27,555 bases of DNA, from the IMG/VR virus record IMGVR_UViG_3300049712_000033, positions 1 through 27,555 of that record; one strand, 5' to 3'. Below are positions 18,721 through 26,885 of this stretch, in pieces (positions within the stretch are counted from its first letter, which is position 1; each line of letters opens with the position of its first letter). Made by a program: the position numbers and the translations under genes. Under the pieces are notes generated by a model. That model had not been told where the DNA came from. It saw nothing but the letters and a program-made list of their open reading frames with translations, and ran no database searches. This stretch comes from a virus. Taxonomy: Duplodnaviria > Caudoviricetes.

Positions 18721-19883
18721 TAGTAATCCGCCTGTGCTTGTAGTGCTATTACCATGTTGTTATAAGTTGCTAAAGGCATTTCTATCCACTCAAAGTCAAT
18801 TAGTGCATTGAATGTACTCGCAGAACCCCCAGGCGACTCATCAACTACCCAATATGCCTGTTGTCCTGGCTGTAGAATAATGGTGCCATCTATTTCATTC
18901 AACTGGTACTGCTGGTAGGCCTGCATAACTGCTACTTTGCGCACCGTTCCAGCCACGCTGACTGAGAACTGTGCTGATACGGTCGTGCCTCTGGTATTAG
19001 CTGTTCCATTGCCGCCTGTATATAATTTCATAACTGACGAAGATGCACCGCCATCACTCCTGCCAATCGGCCTAGCTGTTGGTGTACCGATAAGAACGGC
19101 TGTTCCTCCACCAAAGCGGGTAAAGGTAGCATTTACTGTGGCAGCAAACTCGGCTTTATCAAAGAATACCACTTGCGCTGAATCAGCAGGATTTTGGAAT
19201 ACAGCCAATAACTGATTATTAAGATTCCCTGTCAGCGGCACATAATCAGTTGTGGTTAGATACCTTTGCCCTCGAATATTATAGAAACGAGACATTTGCC
19301 GAACATTGAAGGGGAAAGCTTGCTCTACTACTGGATTTCCTTCCAGGGCTACAGAGCCTTGAGCAACTGTTAATTTACCAGTAACCGTACAAGCTCCAGA
19401 GGTCTGGGTGATTGCTAAGGTCAGGTCTTCTCCGCCATTAAAAAACGTATCGAAAGGTACGATACGGTCTAAATAAGTAACATCAGTGTCTTTAAATACT
19501 ACCACTCCGTCTTCGGTGGTCAAGGTGATAGTGCGTTTTTGTGAAGTAGAGAAATGAAGCTCGATACTTGTTAGCCGATAGTCATTAGATACAGCTGTAG
19601 TGCCTGAATAGGCAGCACTTGCAAGGTTATAAGAGGTGAATGTGAGGGCTTCTGATACTGCCAAACCTGCACCAGTTGAAGTTACTGTACCGCTAATTGG
19701 TACTGGGTTAACCTCTGATACTTCCGAACCCCCAACTTGCAAATCACCTGAAGCGGGGTTGAGCGTATCTGAGTTAGCGTCGTAGTAATATGGGACAGTT
19801 ATCTTTCCACCTACACTACCTTTGTGCAGATGTTCTTCCCTGTCTAGATATACCGATTTCTCGGAGTGTTTGGGTTCGGACAC
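18720..19883 (-). CDS. Putative virion fibre/spike protein with two beta-rich domains
   Basis: GTG start with AGGAG RBS; NPVPISGTV linker; Ser/Thr-rich; C-terminal jelly-roll-like domain (FQNPADS...GTIILQPG...FEWIE). Confidence 0.65.
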   Translation of the reverse strand: MSEPKHSEKSVYLDREEHLHKGSVGGKITVPYYYDANSDTLNPASGDLQVGGSEVSEVNPVPISGTVTSTGAGLAVSEALTFTSYNLASAAYSGTTAVSNDYRLTSIELHFSTSQKRTITLTTEDGVVVFKDTDVTYLDRIVPFDTFFNGGEDLTLAITQTSGACTVTGKLTVAQGSVALEGNPVVEQAFPFNVRQMSRFYNIRGQRYLTTTDYVPLTGNLNNQLLAVFQNPADSAQVVFFDKAEFAATVNATFTRFGGGTAVLIGTPTARPIGRSDGGASSSVMKLYTGGNGTANTRGTTVSAQFSVSVAGTVRKVAVMQAYQQYQLNEIDGTIILQPGQQAYWVVDESPGGSASTFNALIDFEWIEMPLATYNNMVIALQAQADY

Positions 19884-19888
19884 TCGCC

Positions 19889-20041
19889 CTACTCCTGTTT
19901 AGCTTCTCTTTGTTCTAACAGCTTCTTCGCCGCTGCTTTGATGTCTTCATCTTTAATGTCCAACCCCAATGTTTTAAGGAATTGTTCTAAGCCTATTGTA
20001 TACCTTCTATCGTGGGTCGTCCAAGAAATCGTTACTCTCAT
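19889..20041 (-). CDS. Hypothetical 50-aa protein (not in ORF track)
   Basis: MRVTISWTTHDRRYTIGLEQFLKTLGLDIKDEDIKAAAKKLLEQREAKQE; ATGA overlap; its 3' end supplies the RBS of the next gene. Confidence 0.6.
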   Translation of the reverse strand: MRVTISWTTHDRRYTIGLEQFLKTLGLDIKDEDIKAAAKKLLEQREAKQE

Positions 20042-20412
20042 TTTGTATAGGCTTGTTTTTCACGGTTAATCGAGCGTTCTTCATCTAGGAGACGGGTATA
20101 GGCGAATAATTTATGTAAGTAGCTTTCCCCAATTTCAGGTGGAGAGAGTCGGTCATAGATGCCTCTAATTGCATCCAGAGCCTCTGAACGGTCTCTGCCT
20201 TTAGCGAAGTGGCTCCAGACAAACTGAAGCTTCTCTCGTTGTGCAGAATCTGCGTTACCTATACCAAGGAAATCCTGTAATACGGTGAAGCCTGTTTGTA
20301 GTTGTTCGTCGTTTCTTTTAAGTTCAGGGTCTTGTTCGGGAGTAACCTCTTCTACTTGAAGGGACTCTACCGTTAAATCATTTGTATCACTTTGTTGCGA
20401 ATTTTCTAGCAT
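20038..20412 (-). CDS. Hypothetical helical protein
   Basis: 124-aa ORF in the operon; acidic N-terminus; AGGA upstream of the ATG. Confidence 0.7.
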   Translation of the reverse strand: MLENSQQSDTNDLTVESLQVEEVTPEQDPELKRNDEQLQTGFTVLQDFLGIGNADSAQREKLQFVWSHFAKGRDRSEALDAIRGIYDRLSPPEIGESYLHKLFAYTRLLDEERSINREKQAYTK

Positions 20413-20770
20413 ATCTTTTCCTATTATATTCTGAGCCAGCTACTTTGCACTCAAGACATCGACAATTAAGTCTATTATATTGATACCACGTTCCGTGCTT
20501 AGGATTGCCATTCCCCCTGTCTTTATTGCTTTTTATTGCATGACAAGATATGCAAAGTAATTGACATTTTTTTAGTTCTAGTTCTACTTTTGCCCAACTG
20601 CAACTCAAAAGGTAACTTATATTTTCTTTTCTACTTTGGCGGTCATTGTTTATATGGTCGAACTGCAAGTTTTCTGTTGCTCCACAATGCAGGCATAGAC
20701 CACCCAAGCGGTTCAATGCTCTTTTTCTATTGATAGCGTAGATGGATGAGTTCTGAGTAGATTCTTGCAT
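20387..20770 (-). CDS. HNH endonuclease with C-terminal HGT...CRCxxC zinc motif
   Basis: CLHCG...LQFDHIN...CQLLCISCHAIKS, then HGTWYQYNRLNCRCLEC. Confidence 0.85.
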   Translation of the reverse strand: MQESTQNSSIYAINRKRALNRLGGLCLHCGATENLQFDHINNDRQSRKENISYLLSCSWAKVELELKKCQLLCISCHAIKSNKDRGNGNPKHGTWYQYNRLNCRCLECKVAGSEYNRKRYARKFATK

Positions 20771-21410
20771 CGACTATCCTTTCTTTACCAAGCTGTTTTG
20801 GCAGGCTAGTAGCTTTCCTAAGTGTACCGTACTTATTAGTGTCTTCGTAATCCTCTTCTTCTAGGGTATAGAGGCGGATGTGGCACTTATTTTGCTCGTC
20901 GTCTTTCCCGAATGTAGGTGACTCAAAAGCAGGGGTGGAAATGAGTACCGTCCCTCCAGGGGCTAGGGCGGTATCTACTAGACGAATAACGTACTCGGGG
21001 TCTTTAACGTGTTCCATAATCTCGAATAAAGTAATCAGGTCGAACTTCTCTTCATTATTCTCCAGCCAGTCTTCTAGGGAGTCCTTGTAGAACTCGACAT
21101 GACCTTTTACTAGCTTGGTTCGTTTCTTCGCCAGGGTGATAGCTTCTTCTGATAGGTCTACACCTACAGCTTTTTTTACTGACGCTACTTTATTAGCTAA
21201 GGTAAGGGCTGTGTAGCCTTCTAAGCAACCCAGGTCTAGTACTGATTTAGGTTGTATTCCCTCAGCTATATCAAGCGCCCAGCCTACCCGTGGGAATATT
21301 CTGTGGGCTTGGATAGCGTCGTTATCATCTAACGGCTGGAAGTAATGATGCTCGTAAAAGTCTTCATACTCTTCTACCTTAAAGTCTGATTCATGTTTCA
21401 ATTCAACCAT
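20727..21410 (-). CDS. Class I SAM-dependent methyltransferase (O-methyltransferase-like)
   Basis: VLDLGCLEG (motif I), GVDLS, FDLITLFEIMEHVKDP, LAPGGTVLISTP; no DNA-methylase DPPY/NPPY/PCQ motif. Confidence 0.9.
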   Translation of the reverse strand: MVELKHESDFKVEEYEDFYEHHYFQPLDDNDAIQAHRIFPRVGWALDIAEGIQPKSVLDLGCLEGYTALTLANKVASVKKAVGVDLSEEAITLAKKRTKLVKGHVEFYKDSLEDWLENNEEKFDLITLFEIMEHVKDPEYVIRLVDTALAPGGTVLISTPAFESPTFGKDDEQNKCHIRLYTLEEEDYEDTNKYGTLRKATSLPKQLGKERIVDARIYSELIHLRYQ

Positions 21411-23625
21411 CTATAGCTCCTTTCCATTGTTTGGCTATATTTTCCCAGGTGTATTGTTCAACCCACTCCTTTTGTTTGGCTAGCTCTTCTTTGGTGAGCG
21501 GGGTCTTGAGGGCCTTGACAACGGATTTGACGAATTTATCTTTGGCATAATCATCTGAATATATCCTTGCGCTTTCTATATAAGTTGCTATTGGGCCACC
21601 TGTCTCTGCTAATGCGGCAACATCCGTTATCACAGGTTTCAAGCCAGCTGCATTAGCTTTCAGTGCCGTAATGCAGTTGGTCTCTTCAAACTGGGTAGGA
21701 TATGCCCATACAGTGGCTCCTAGCATTTTCTTTGCCAGCTCTTCATGGCTTACCCGACCGTGTTCCTGAACGCCATCTTTTTTAGCTGCTGCCAGCATAT
21801 TACTCATACGATGATAAAAGTTGTTCTCGCCTTCTGCTGCTATCCAAGACTCCCAGCCATAATAAACATCAAGAGTTGCTTCTGGTACTTCCTGTTTAAT
21901 CCTAGGCCACAAATCTACTAAACACTCAAGCCCTCTATAGTATCCCGAAGTCCAGACTAGCTTATGCGGGTCTCGTTTTACTTTCTTATCAAATTGTTCT
22001 AGAGAAATACCATTGGAGATTACATTGTAGTTAGAAAGCTGTGGGTACTTTTTAGCGTGGGCTTCAGACTTGAACAGATAAGTGGCGTTTTTATAAGGCT
22101 TCACGATGTTAGGGGGGAGCATATCATGCATATCTACAAACATCTTATTAGCCTTAAACTGGGGAACAAACTGTGGATAACGCCAGATGATTAAGGTATC
22201 GAAAGTGTCTCGTTTGTCTATATGAGTCCACGGTAGCCACTTGAGGTGGTGTCCTTCTTTTATTGGTTTCTCTAATTCGCCATAAATAGTAACATCATAT
22301 CCAAGTTCAGCTAACTTATAGGACAAGTAAACGACAGCTTCTTCGCTTCCACCCATACCTTTATCTAAAGTGTGGGGCCCCCACTCCTCGTAACCCCTTC
22401 CGCAAAAGAATACTATAGAGTTTTTAGGCCATGTCTTAGGCTCAGTAACAGCTTCCCTGACTTTTCTGAAGCGGTTGTCGTACTTGAGGTTATCTTTGAG
22501 GTTTTCCCATAGGTAAGAAGGGTTTTCGTAGTGCTTGAAGAGCGCTGGGAGGATTGCAGCTGCGTTATCTATGCTGGCTTCTTTTTTAATCTCCACTAAT
22601 AATGATGAAACATCTATAGTTTGTACGGTTCCCAGCAACTTAGCTGCTTCTCGGTTATTTCCTTGCTTGTGTTCGGCTATCGCTCCCATGAGTCGGGCTC
22701 TATCTGGTACGGTTGGGTCAGTTATTGAAGCGCTCTGAGGCTCTGGTTTGCTAAAGGCTACTTTTAACCACTCAAGGCATTCTTTGAAGTTATCTTTTTC
22801 AAACTCAAACTGGGCGAGATTGAAATAAGCCGAGGGGTACTCTGGTAGAAGAGCTGCTGCTCGTAGCGCAAACTGGAGAGCTTCTTCTACCCGCCCAAGA
22901 TTATTGGAAGCTTCACTCATTCTCAGTAGTGAGCGGTAGATTTCCTCGTCCCATCCACCTACAGATACATATTCTTTTAAGATGTCTATACAATTCTGCC
23001 ACTGTTCCAAAGAATAATAAGATATACCGAGATAGTGGATATAACGTGGGTCTTTCGTCTCCTTATAAGCTTGCTCGAGTATTTTATGGTTACGCTCCAT
23101 TGATTCTTTTGGGCGTGCTCCTGTGTGGCGTACAGGCGCATTAACTCGCTCGGAAGTTACTTGCTCTTCACTAATAAGTGTTTCGTGTACCCAGCCTCTC
23201 CAGGTGAACTTATCTTTTTTTACCAGTCGTTCTCTCCAATGCAGGGCGATACAATTCCCATCTTCATCGTAAGCGTACTCGTACGGTAGCCATACAGCAT
23301 CTACATTAAGTTTTACAAGTTCTGGAATAACCGAGAAGTCGAACTTATCATCTGCGTCTAACCAAAAAGCTAAGTCAGTATCCCCTTGTGCAAAGTTATG
23401 ATTTCGAGCTTCATCAAAGCGTCCGTTCCACTCTCGATAGTCAACGTGGAATCCTTCCGCTTTTTCTAATTCTTTAAATCGCTTATAAGTCTTCTTATCG
23501 CTAACGGTCAGGTAGATACTGTTAAATGCGGCTGCAATCACCGAGGCTTGGATAAGTTTCAGTACCAAATCAAACTCATCCTTAACAATCATATATAAAC
23601 CTACGGTCGGCTTCTCATTCTTCAT
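21403..23625 (-). CDS. Bifunctional glycosyltransferase: GT2 (GT-A) + TPR repeats + GT4-like (GT-B)
   Basis: N-term MIVKDE, FDEARN, WLDADD (DxD), WRGWVHE; central TPR-like helices (YLGISYY, AYFNLAQ); C-term GMGGSEEAV, ISNGI, RGLECL, YPTQFEETNCITALKANAAG. Confidence 0.9.
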   Translation of the reverse strand: MKNEKPTVGLYMIVKDEFDLVLKLIQASVIAAAFNSIYLTVSDKKTYKRFKELEKAEGFHVDYREWNGRFDEARNHNFAQGDTDLAFWLDADDKFDFSVIPELVKLNVDAVWLPYEYAYDEDGNCIALHWRERLVKKDKFTWRGWVHETLISEEQVTSERVNAPVRHTGARPKESMERNHKILEQAYKETKDPRYIHYLGISYYSLEQWQNCIDILKEYVSVGGWDEEIYRSLLRMSEASNNLGRVEEALQFALRAAALLPEYPSAYFNLAQFEFEKDNFKECLEWLKVAFSKPEPQSASITDPTVPDRARLMGAIAEHKQGNNREAAKLLGTVQTIDVSSLLVEIKKEASIDNAAAILPALFKHYENPSYLWENLKDNLKYDNRFRKVREAVTEPKTWPKNSIVFFCGRGYEEWGPHTLDKGMGGSEEAVVYLSYKLAELGYDVTIYGELEKPIKEGHHLKWLPWTHIDKRDTFDTLIIWRYPQFVPQFKANKMFVDMHDMLPPNIVKPYKNATYLFKSEAHAKKYPQLSNYNVISNGISLEQFDKKVKRDPHKLVWTSGYYRGLECLVDLWPRIKQEVPEATLDVYYGWESWIAAEGENNFYHRMSNMLAAAKKDGVQEHGRVSHEELAKKMLGATVWAYPTQFEETNCITALKANAAGLKPVITDVAALAETGGPIATYIESARIYSDDYAKDKFVKSVVKALKTPLTKEELAKQKEWVEQYTWENIAKQWKGAIDG

Positions 23626-23879
23626 TGTGCATCCTTATATTTGTTTAGCTCTTTAATTAAAATCTTACTACAGTGCAAAAGATGGCGGGGCTCTACTAAA
23701 GCCTTGCCTTGATGAAACTCATTTATCAATTCCTCGGTTTCATCTGTTTTTACAAATACAAATATCTTACGACGTGCATCATGAGGGTCATCTTTGAAGC
23801 CTACGAAGTGGTGCTTGTTGTATTGGAGATACACCGCTAATGCCGTGTCACTAGTACTGAAAGGGCTAAGCTCCGACAT
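23622..23879 (-). CDS. Small protein resembling DUF5659; start reassigned to MSELSP
   Basis: FSTSDTALAVYL...RKIFVF...LINEFHQGKALVEP pattern; GAGGA RBS before the ATG at 23879. Confidence 0.6.
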   Translation of the reverse strand: MSELSPFSTSDTALAVYLQYNKHHFVGFKDDPHDARRKIFVFVKTDETEELINEFHQGKALVEPRHLLHCSKILIKELNKYKDAQ

Positions 23880-24015
23880 TAGATTCCTCAATCTTTTTCT
23901 TGGTTTCTTTTACCGACAGCATATAACCTGCCTGGTCGATGTAATACAGCTTTCCCCAATGTTTCACCATATACACAATTGGTAGCATCTGGCTGTCTAA
24001 TTTAATAACTTTCAT
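23866..24015 (-). CDS. Hypothetical 49-aa protein (not in ORF track)
   Basis: MKVIKLDSQMLPIVYMVKHWGKLYYIDQAGYMLSVKETKKKIEESNVGA; ATGA overlap with the terL stop. Confidence 0.55.
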   Translation of the reverse strand: MKVIKLDSQMLPIVYMVKHWGKLYYIDQAGYMLSVKETKKKIEESNVGA

Positions 24016-25484
24016 GATAAGACCCTCCCTGTGTCTTTATCGTATACTTTCGCTTTCTTTGGCCTACGGTTTCTTATTAATGGTTTCTCTGTTTGGTACA
24101 TCTGCCACACACCTGCAAGGGCCATCACAAGGTCATCGTGTGAGCCTCTCTCTGCTTGGGCCTTCCAGGCACTTGAGGTTTGTACTTCAACAAAAGAAAA
24201 CATTTCAGTAATGGTAGGGCGGTCGTAAATCTTAATAACCCCGTTATCTATGGCATCTTTACACATAACTAGCATCTGTGGTCTGGTCGCTGTGTTTGTA
24301 GACCAGCCGAGTTTAGGGGTGTTCTTTTCCCCTGACCTGGTACCCGCTCCTGTCTTTTGGCGATAAATTACATATTTGCCTCTACGGTTTAAGCTTGCGA
24401 GTCGCTCTAATTCGTAGATGCCTCCGTTATTCTGCTCATAGCAAATGACAGGAGGGATACCCGTTATATCATAGATTTCTTCCAGTCTCTCGTGCATGAC
24501 TGGGGTCATTTCAGTAACAATATTCTTAGAATGATAAACAAGAGGTATATCCAGTTTATTCCTGGACATGAAATGAGCTGCACAGAAGTCTCCACCCCCG
24601 CCAGCGGTATCTGCAAAGACTAGGACAAACTCTCCTCTTTCAAATTCCCTATATTGGCGGAAATGAGATTGGTCGGTTTCTTTTTCTATGGTCTGCTCGA
24701 GGTAAGCCTGAAGCGCTAGTTTATCAAAGTATTGATTACCTGAGGCGATAAATGCAGCTTCGGGGGTAAGGGGGTATTCTTGGTCAGCTAATCTGCCCAG
24801 CTCTAATCGTTTGCGTTCTATAAACTCTTTAGAATATTCCCAGGTAGGGTCGTAGAAAAAAGTCTTATACCCTCTGGCTCCTGCGTTAGCTTCGTCCCAG
24901 AAAGTTTTGAACTGGTTGTACCCATTAGCGGTAGTCTCCAAGCTGATGATAGCTTCATTGACGACAGCCTCTCCAGCGCCAGCTAAAAGCGCATCAATGT
25001 CATCAGCTAAAGAGACTTCGGTTAAATGAAGAAAAGTAATATCGTCACCACGGCCGAAGCCTGTAGACTTAGCTGTTCCTACACGCAGAGCGTTCGTGTA
25101 AGAGCTTCCGTCTTCATATTGGCCTTCCCATACCAGTTCAGTCTTGGAGTTGTATTTGAGAGGGATGATTCTTTTTGTTTTGCGTTCGTAGCTTTTAAGG
25201 AAATGCTTTGCCCTATCCAGCTGTTTACTGGAGGCTGTTGCATCGAAAGACATAGAGTAACATCTTTCGTTCTTCCCGTAGATAAACTTCACACAGGCCA
25301 CCGCTAGTAGGACAGAAGAAAAGCCCATCTTTCGGGCTTTAAGAATTACATTTCGTTCTGTTAGGTTTTTGAGGAAGTGCTGCTGCGCTACGTTGAGTAT
25401 GAAAGGGACTTCATTCTTATTCTTGTCGATGATAGTAAAGTTATTTTCTATCGCCCTTTTATAATCTTCGTAATTCAGCAACAT
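24012..25484 (-). CDS. terL: Terminase large subunit
   Basis: Q motif LNVAQ, Walker A ILKARKMGFSS, Walker B FLHLTE, C-motif ETTANG, QEYP, RNase H-like nuclease ADTAGGGGD, YEQNN, HDDLVMA. Confidence 0.95.
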   Translation of the reverse strand: MLLNYEDYKRAIENNFTIIDKNKNEVPFILNVAQQHFLKNLTERNVILKARKMGFSSVLLAVACVKFIYGKNERCYSMSFDATASSKQLDRAKHFLKSYERKTKRIIPLKYNSKTELVWEGQYEDGSSYTNALRVGTAKSTGFGRGDDITFLHLTEVSLADDIDALLAGAGEAVVNEAIISLETTANGYNQFKTFWDEANAGARGYKTFFYDPTWEYSKEFIERKRLELGRLADQEYPLTPEAAFIASGNQYFDKLALQAYLEQTIEKETDQSHFRQYREFERGEFVLVFADTAGGGGDFCAAHFMSRNKLDIPLVYHSKNIVTEMTPVMHERLEEIYDITGIPPVICYEQNNGGIYELERLASLNRRGKYVIYRQKTGAGTRSGEKNTPKLGWSTNTATRPQMLVMCKDAIDNGVIKIYDRPTITEMFSFVEVQTSSAWKAQAERGSHDDLVMALAGVWQMYQTEKPLIRNRRPKKAKVYDKDTGRVLS

Positions 25485-25508
25485 TATTCCATATTTCCCA
25501 TATTAGTT

Positions 25509-25594
25509 GAGCCCCCGAGGGGGTGGGCACCGCGGAGGCTCTTTGGTGTGCCTATTTCGAACGGCGAACCGTTATTAAGCACTCTTAAAATAAC
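25509..25594 (-). other. Candidate structured RNA leader of terL
   Basis: GC-rich stems in a non-coding gap: AACGG-UUCG-CCGUU; GAGCCUCCG/CGGGGGCUC; alternative GGCAC/GUGCC; GUUAU..UAAG/CUUA-AUAAC. Confidence 0.5.
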
Positions 25595-25629
25595 ACGCTA
25601 CATTATAGGTGTGTCAACTATTTAGTTGA
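25587..25629 (-). promoter_or_regulatory. Candidate sigma70 promoter overlapped by a palindromic operator-like site
   Basis: TTGACA at 25612-25617 and TGtTATTTT -10 at 25587-25595 (19-bp spacer, non-optimal); inverted repeat TCAACTA-TT-TAGTTGA at 25614-25629. Confidence 0.4.
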
Positions 25630-25647
25630 GTGACTACTGGAAGGTTC

Positions 25648-26025
25648 CTATATAGGTTGTCCGAGATAGTTCTTAGACATGTGCGGGTCTGTGTACTCCG
25701 CAATAGCTGGGTGTTTTAGATTGTTCTGCGACTGTGAAGGAGTAGCTACATCTAAAGTACGAAGTTCTGGGTTTACTTCTGGGTCATTCTTCTCATCATA
25801 TGTCTCGCCAAAACTTGCTGCTTGGGCTTGACGTACATTCTTATAGTGTTCCCCGTCTGCTAAAACTGCGTCCGTCGCGTTAAACCTCTCACGAGTCTTT
25901 CCTTTGAGCCTTGTGGCTGCTTCCTTGCTTGCTTGTTCAACGTCCTGGTTGGTTTGCTCGACTTGTTCCTGGTTTTCACTAGATGCCTCGCCTGCTGACT
26001 TTACGTCTTTTTTATCGTCTGCCAT
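25648..26025 (-). CDS. Hypothetical acidic protein upstream of terL
   Basis: 125 aa with GAAAGGA RBS; low-complexity N-terminus; no HTH recognised. Confidence 0.75.
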   Translation of the reverse strand: MADDKKDVKSAGEASSENQEQVEQTNQDVEQASKEAATRLKGKTRERFNATDAVLADGEHYKNVRQAQAASFGETYDEKNDPEVNPELRTLDVATPSQSQNNLKHPAIAEYTDPHMSKNYLGQPI

Positions 26026-26100
26026 GGTAGTCCTTTCGTTAGATTAGCACTTTTATTATCTCAGCTATTAAAGATTCCCGTTGTTAACATTCTTACACAA

Positions 26101-26127
26101 ATAAAAAGAACCCTTTAAGAAGGGCTC
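26101..26127 (-). terminator. Rho-independent terminator
   Basis: GAGCCCTT-CTTA-AAGGGTTC followed by TTTTTAT, ~23 nt after the stop of the 139-aa gene. Confidence 0.8.
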
Positions 26128-26150
26128 CTCTTATTAGCTATACGTTAGGA

Positions 26151-26570
26151 CTACTGAGATGCCCAAGTACCACTTTGCTTGATGCCGTACCAAGCTGTAC
26201 CGTCGCAAATCAAGGTGATATTGTCACCGAGGATATTTGAAGCGGCGGTGTTCTTAATACCTGTGCCAGCAGCGGTAGCGACAGCCGCGCCACCTTCAGA
26301 AGCTTTGATATTAAGTACTACAGAGCCTGTTGGGTTAATGAGGATTTCCCCAGAAGCGTGCCCGCAGACAAACGTAAACTCTAAACCAGAGGCTACGGCT
26401 GGTAGGGTAAAGGTTTGGGTAGCTGAGCTTTTAGTGGCGATTACTATACGGCCAGAGTCTTCAGCTGTGTAAGTAGCTGTGTCTGTGGTAGTATTTGTTA
26501 TGGCACGAAAACCGACCATAGCATCTCTATCAACGTAAGTTGCTTGGCTATCTAAATATGAGTTTGGCAT
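26151..26570 (-). CDS. Putative capsid decoration/fibre-type beta protein
   Basis: TAEDSGRIV...TFTLPAVASGLEFTF...ILINP...GDNITLICDGTAWY pattern seen in phage structural proteins; AAGGA RBS. Confidence 0.65.
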   Translation of the reverse strand: MPNSYLDSQATYVDRDAMVGFRAITNTTTDTATYTAEDSGRIVIATKSSATQTFTLPAVASGLEFTFVCGHASGEILINPTGSVVLNIKASEGGAAVATAAGTGIKNTAASNILGDNITLICDGTAWYGIKQSGTWASQ

Positions 26571-26651
26571 TTGAGTTTTTCCTTTTAATTTACAATTTAA
26601 GTATACAACTAAAACGCTAAATTAAAGGCACGCTAGCTTGCGCTGCTTAAA

Positions 26652-26870
26652 TTACTTACCAAGTCGACGGTAAGCAAGGTTCTTAGAGCGCTTTACCTGG
26701 CCGTTTGAAGTATTCCCAGTACTGTCCCCAATCCCGTAGCCGGAAGGTGCCGAGGAGCTCCCTGAAGCCGTAGGACGTGGAAGGTTATCAGCACTTGGAA
26801 GAGTTTGTTTCCAAGTAGTTTGCTGAGGGTATGTTTTTGCTGTGTTGAGCTCTGGTTTGTTTCGTGCCAT
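26652..26870 (-). CDS. Hypothetical basic, disordered 72-aa protein
   Basis: AAGGA RBS; S/G/T/K-rich. Confidence 0.6.
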   Translation of the reverse strand: MARNKPELNTAKTYPQQTTWKQTLPSADNLPRPTASGSSSAPSGYGIGDSTGNTSNGQVKRSKNLAYRRLGK

Positions 26871-26885
26871 AAAAGATTCCTTTAT

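Noticed and set aside
20727-21410. DNA methyltransferase / hypermodified-DNA system
   Set aside because: No DPPY/NPPY/PCQ motif and no base-hydroxymethylase gene in the window; the late-operon context favours glycan or protein substrates.
25500-25560. HDV-like/theta ribozyme or known riboswitch in the terL leader
   Set aside because: GCC-UCCGC-GGU resembles P3/L3, but the P1.1 GG, a full P1 and the J4/2 plus P2 pairing are missing. No fluoride, ZTP, SAM or preQ1 consensus was recognised.
426-26472. All plus-strand ORFs in the track (e.g. 6088-6435, 12745-13125, 17025-17306, 25377-25625)
   Set aside because: They are antisense shadows of well-supported minus-strand genes (or span the terL leader), with no recognisable motifs. 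The Pro- and His-rich ones simply mirror Gly codons.
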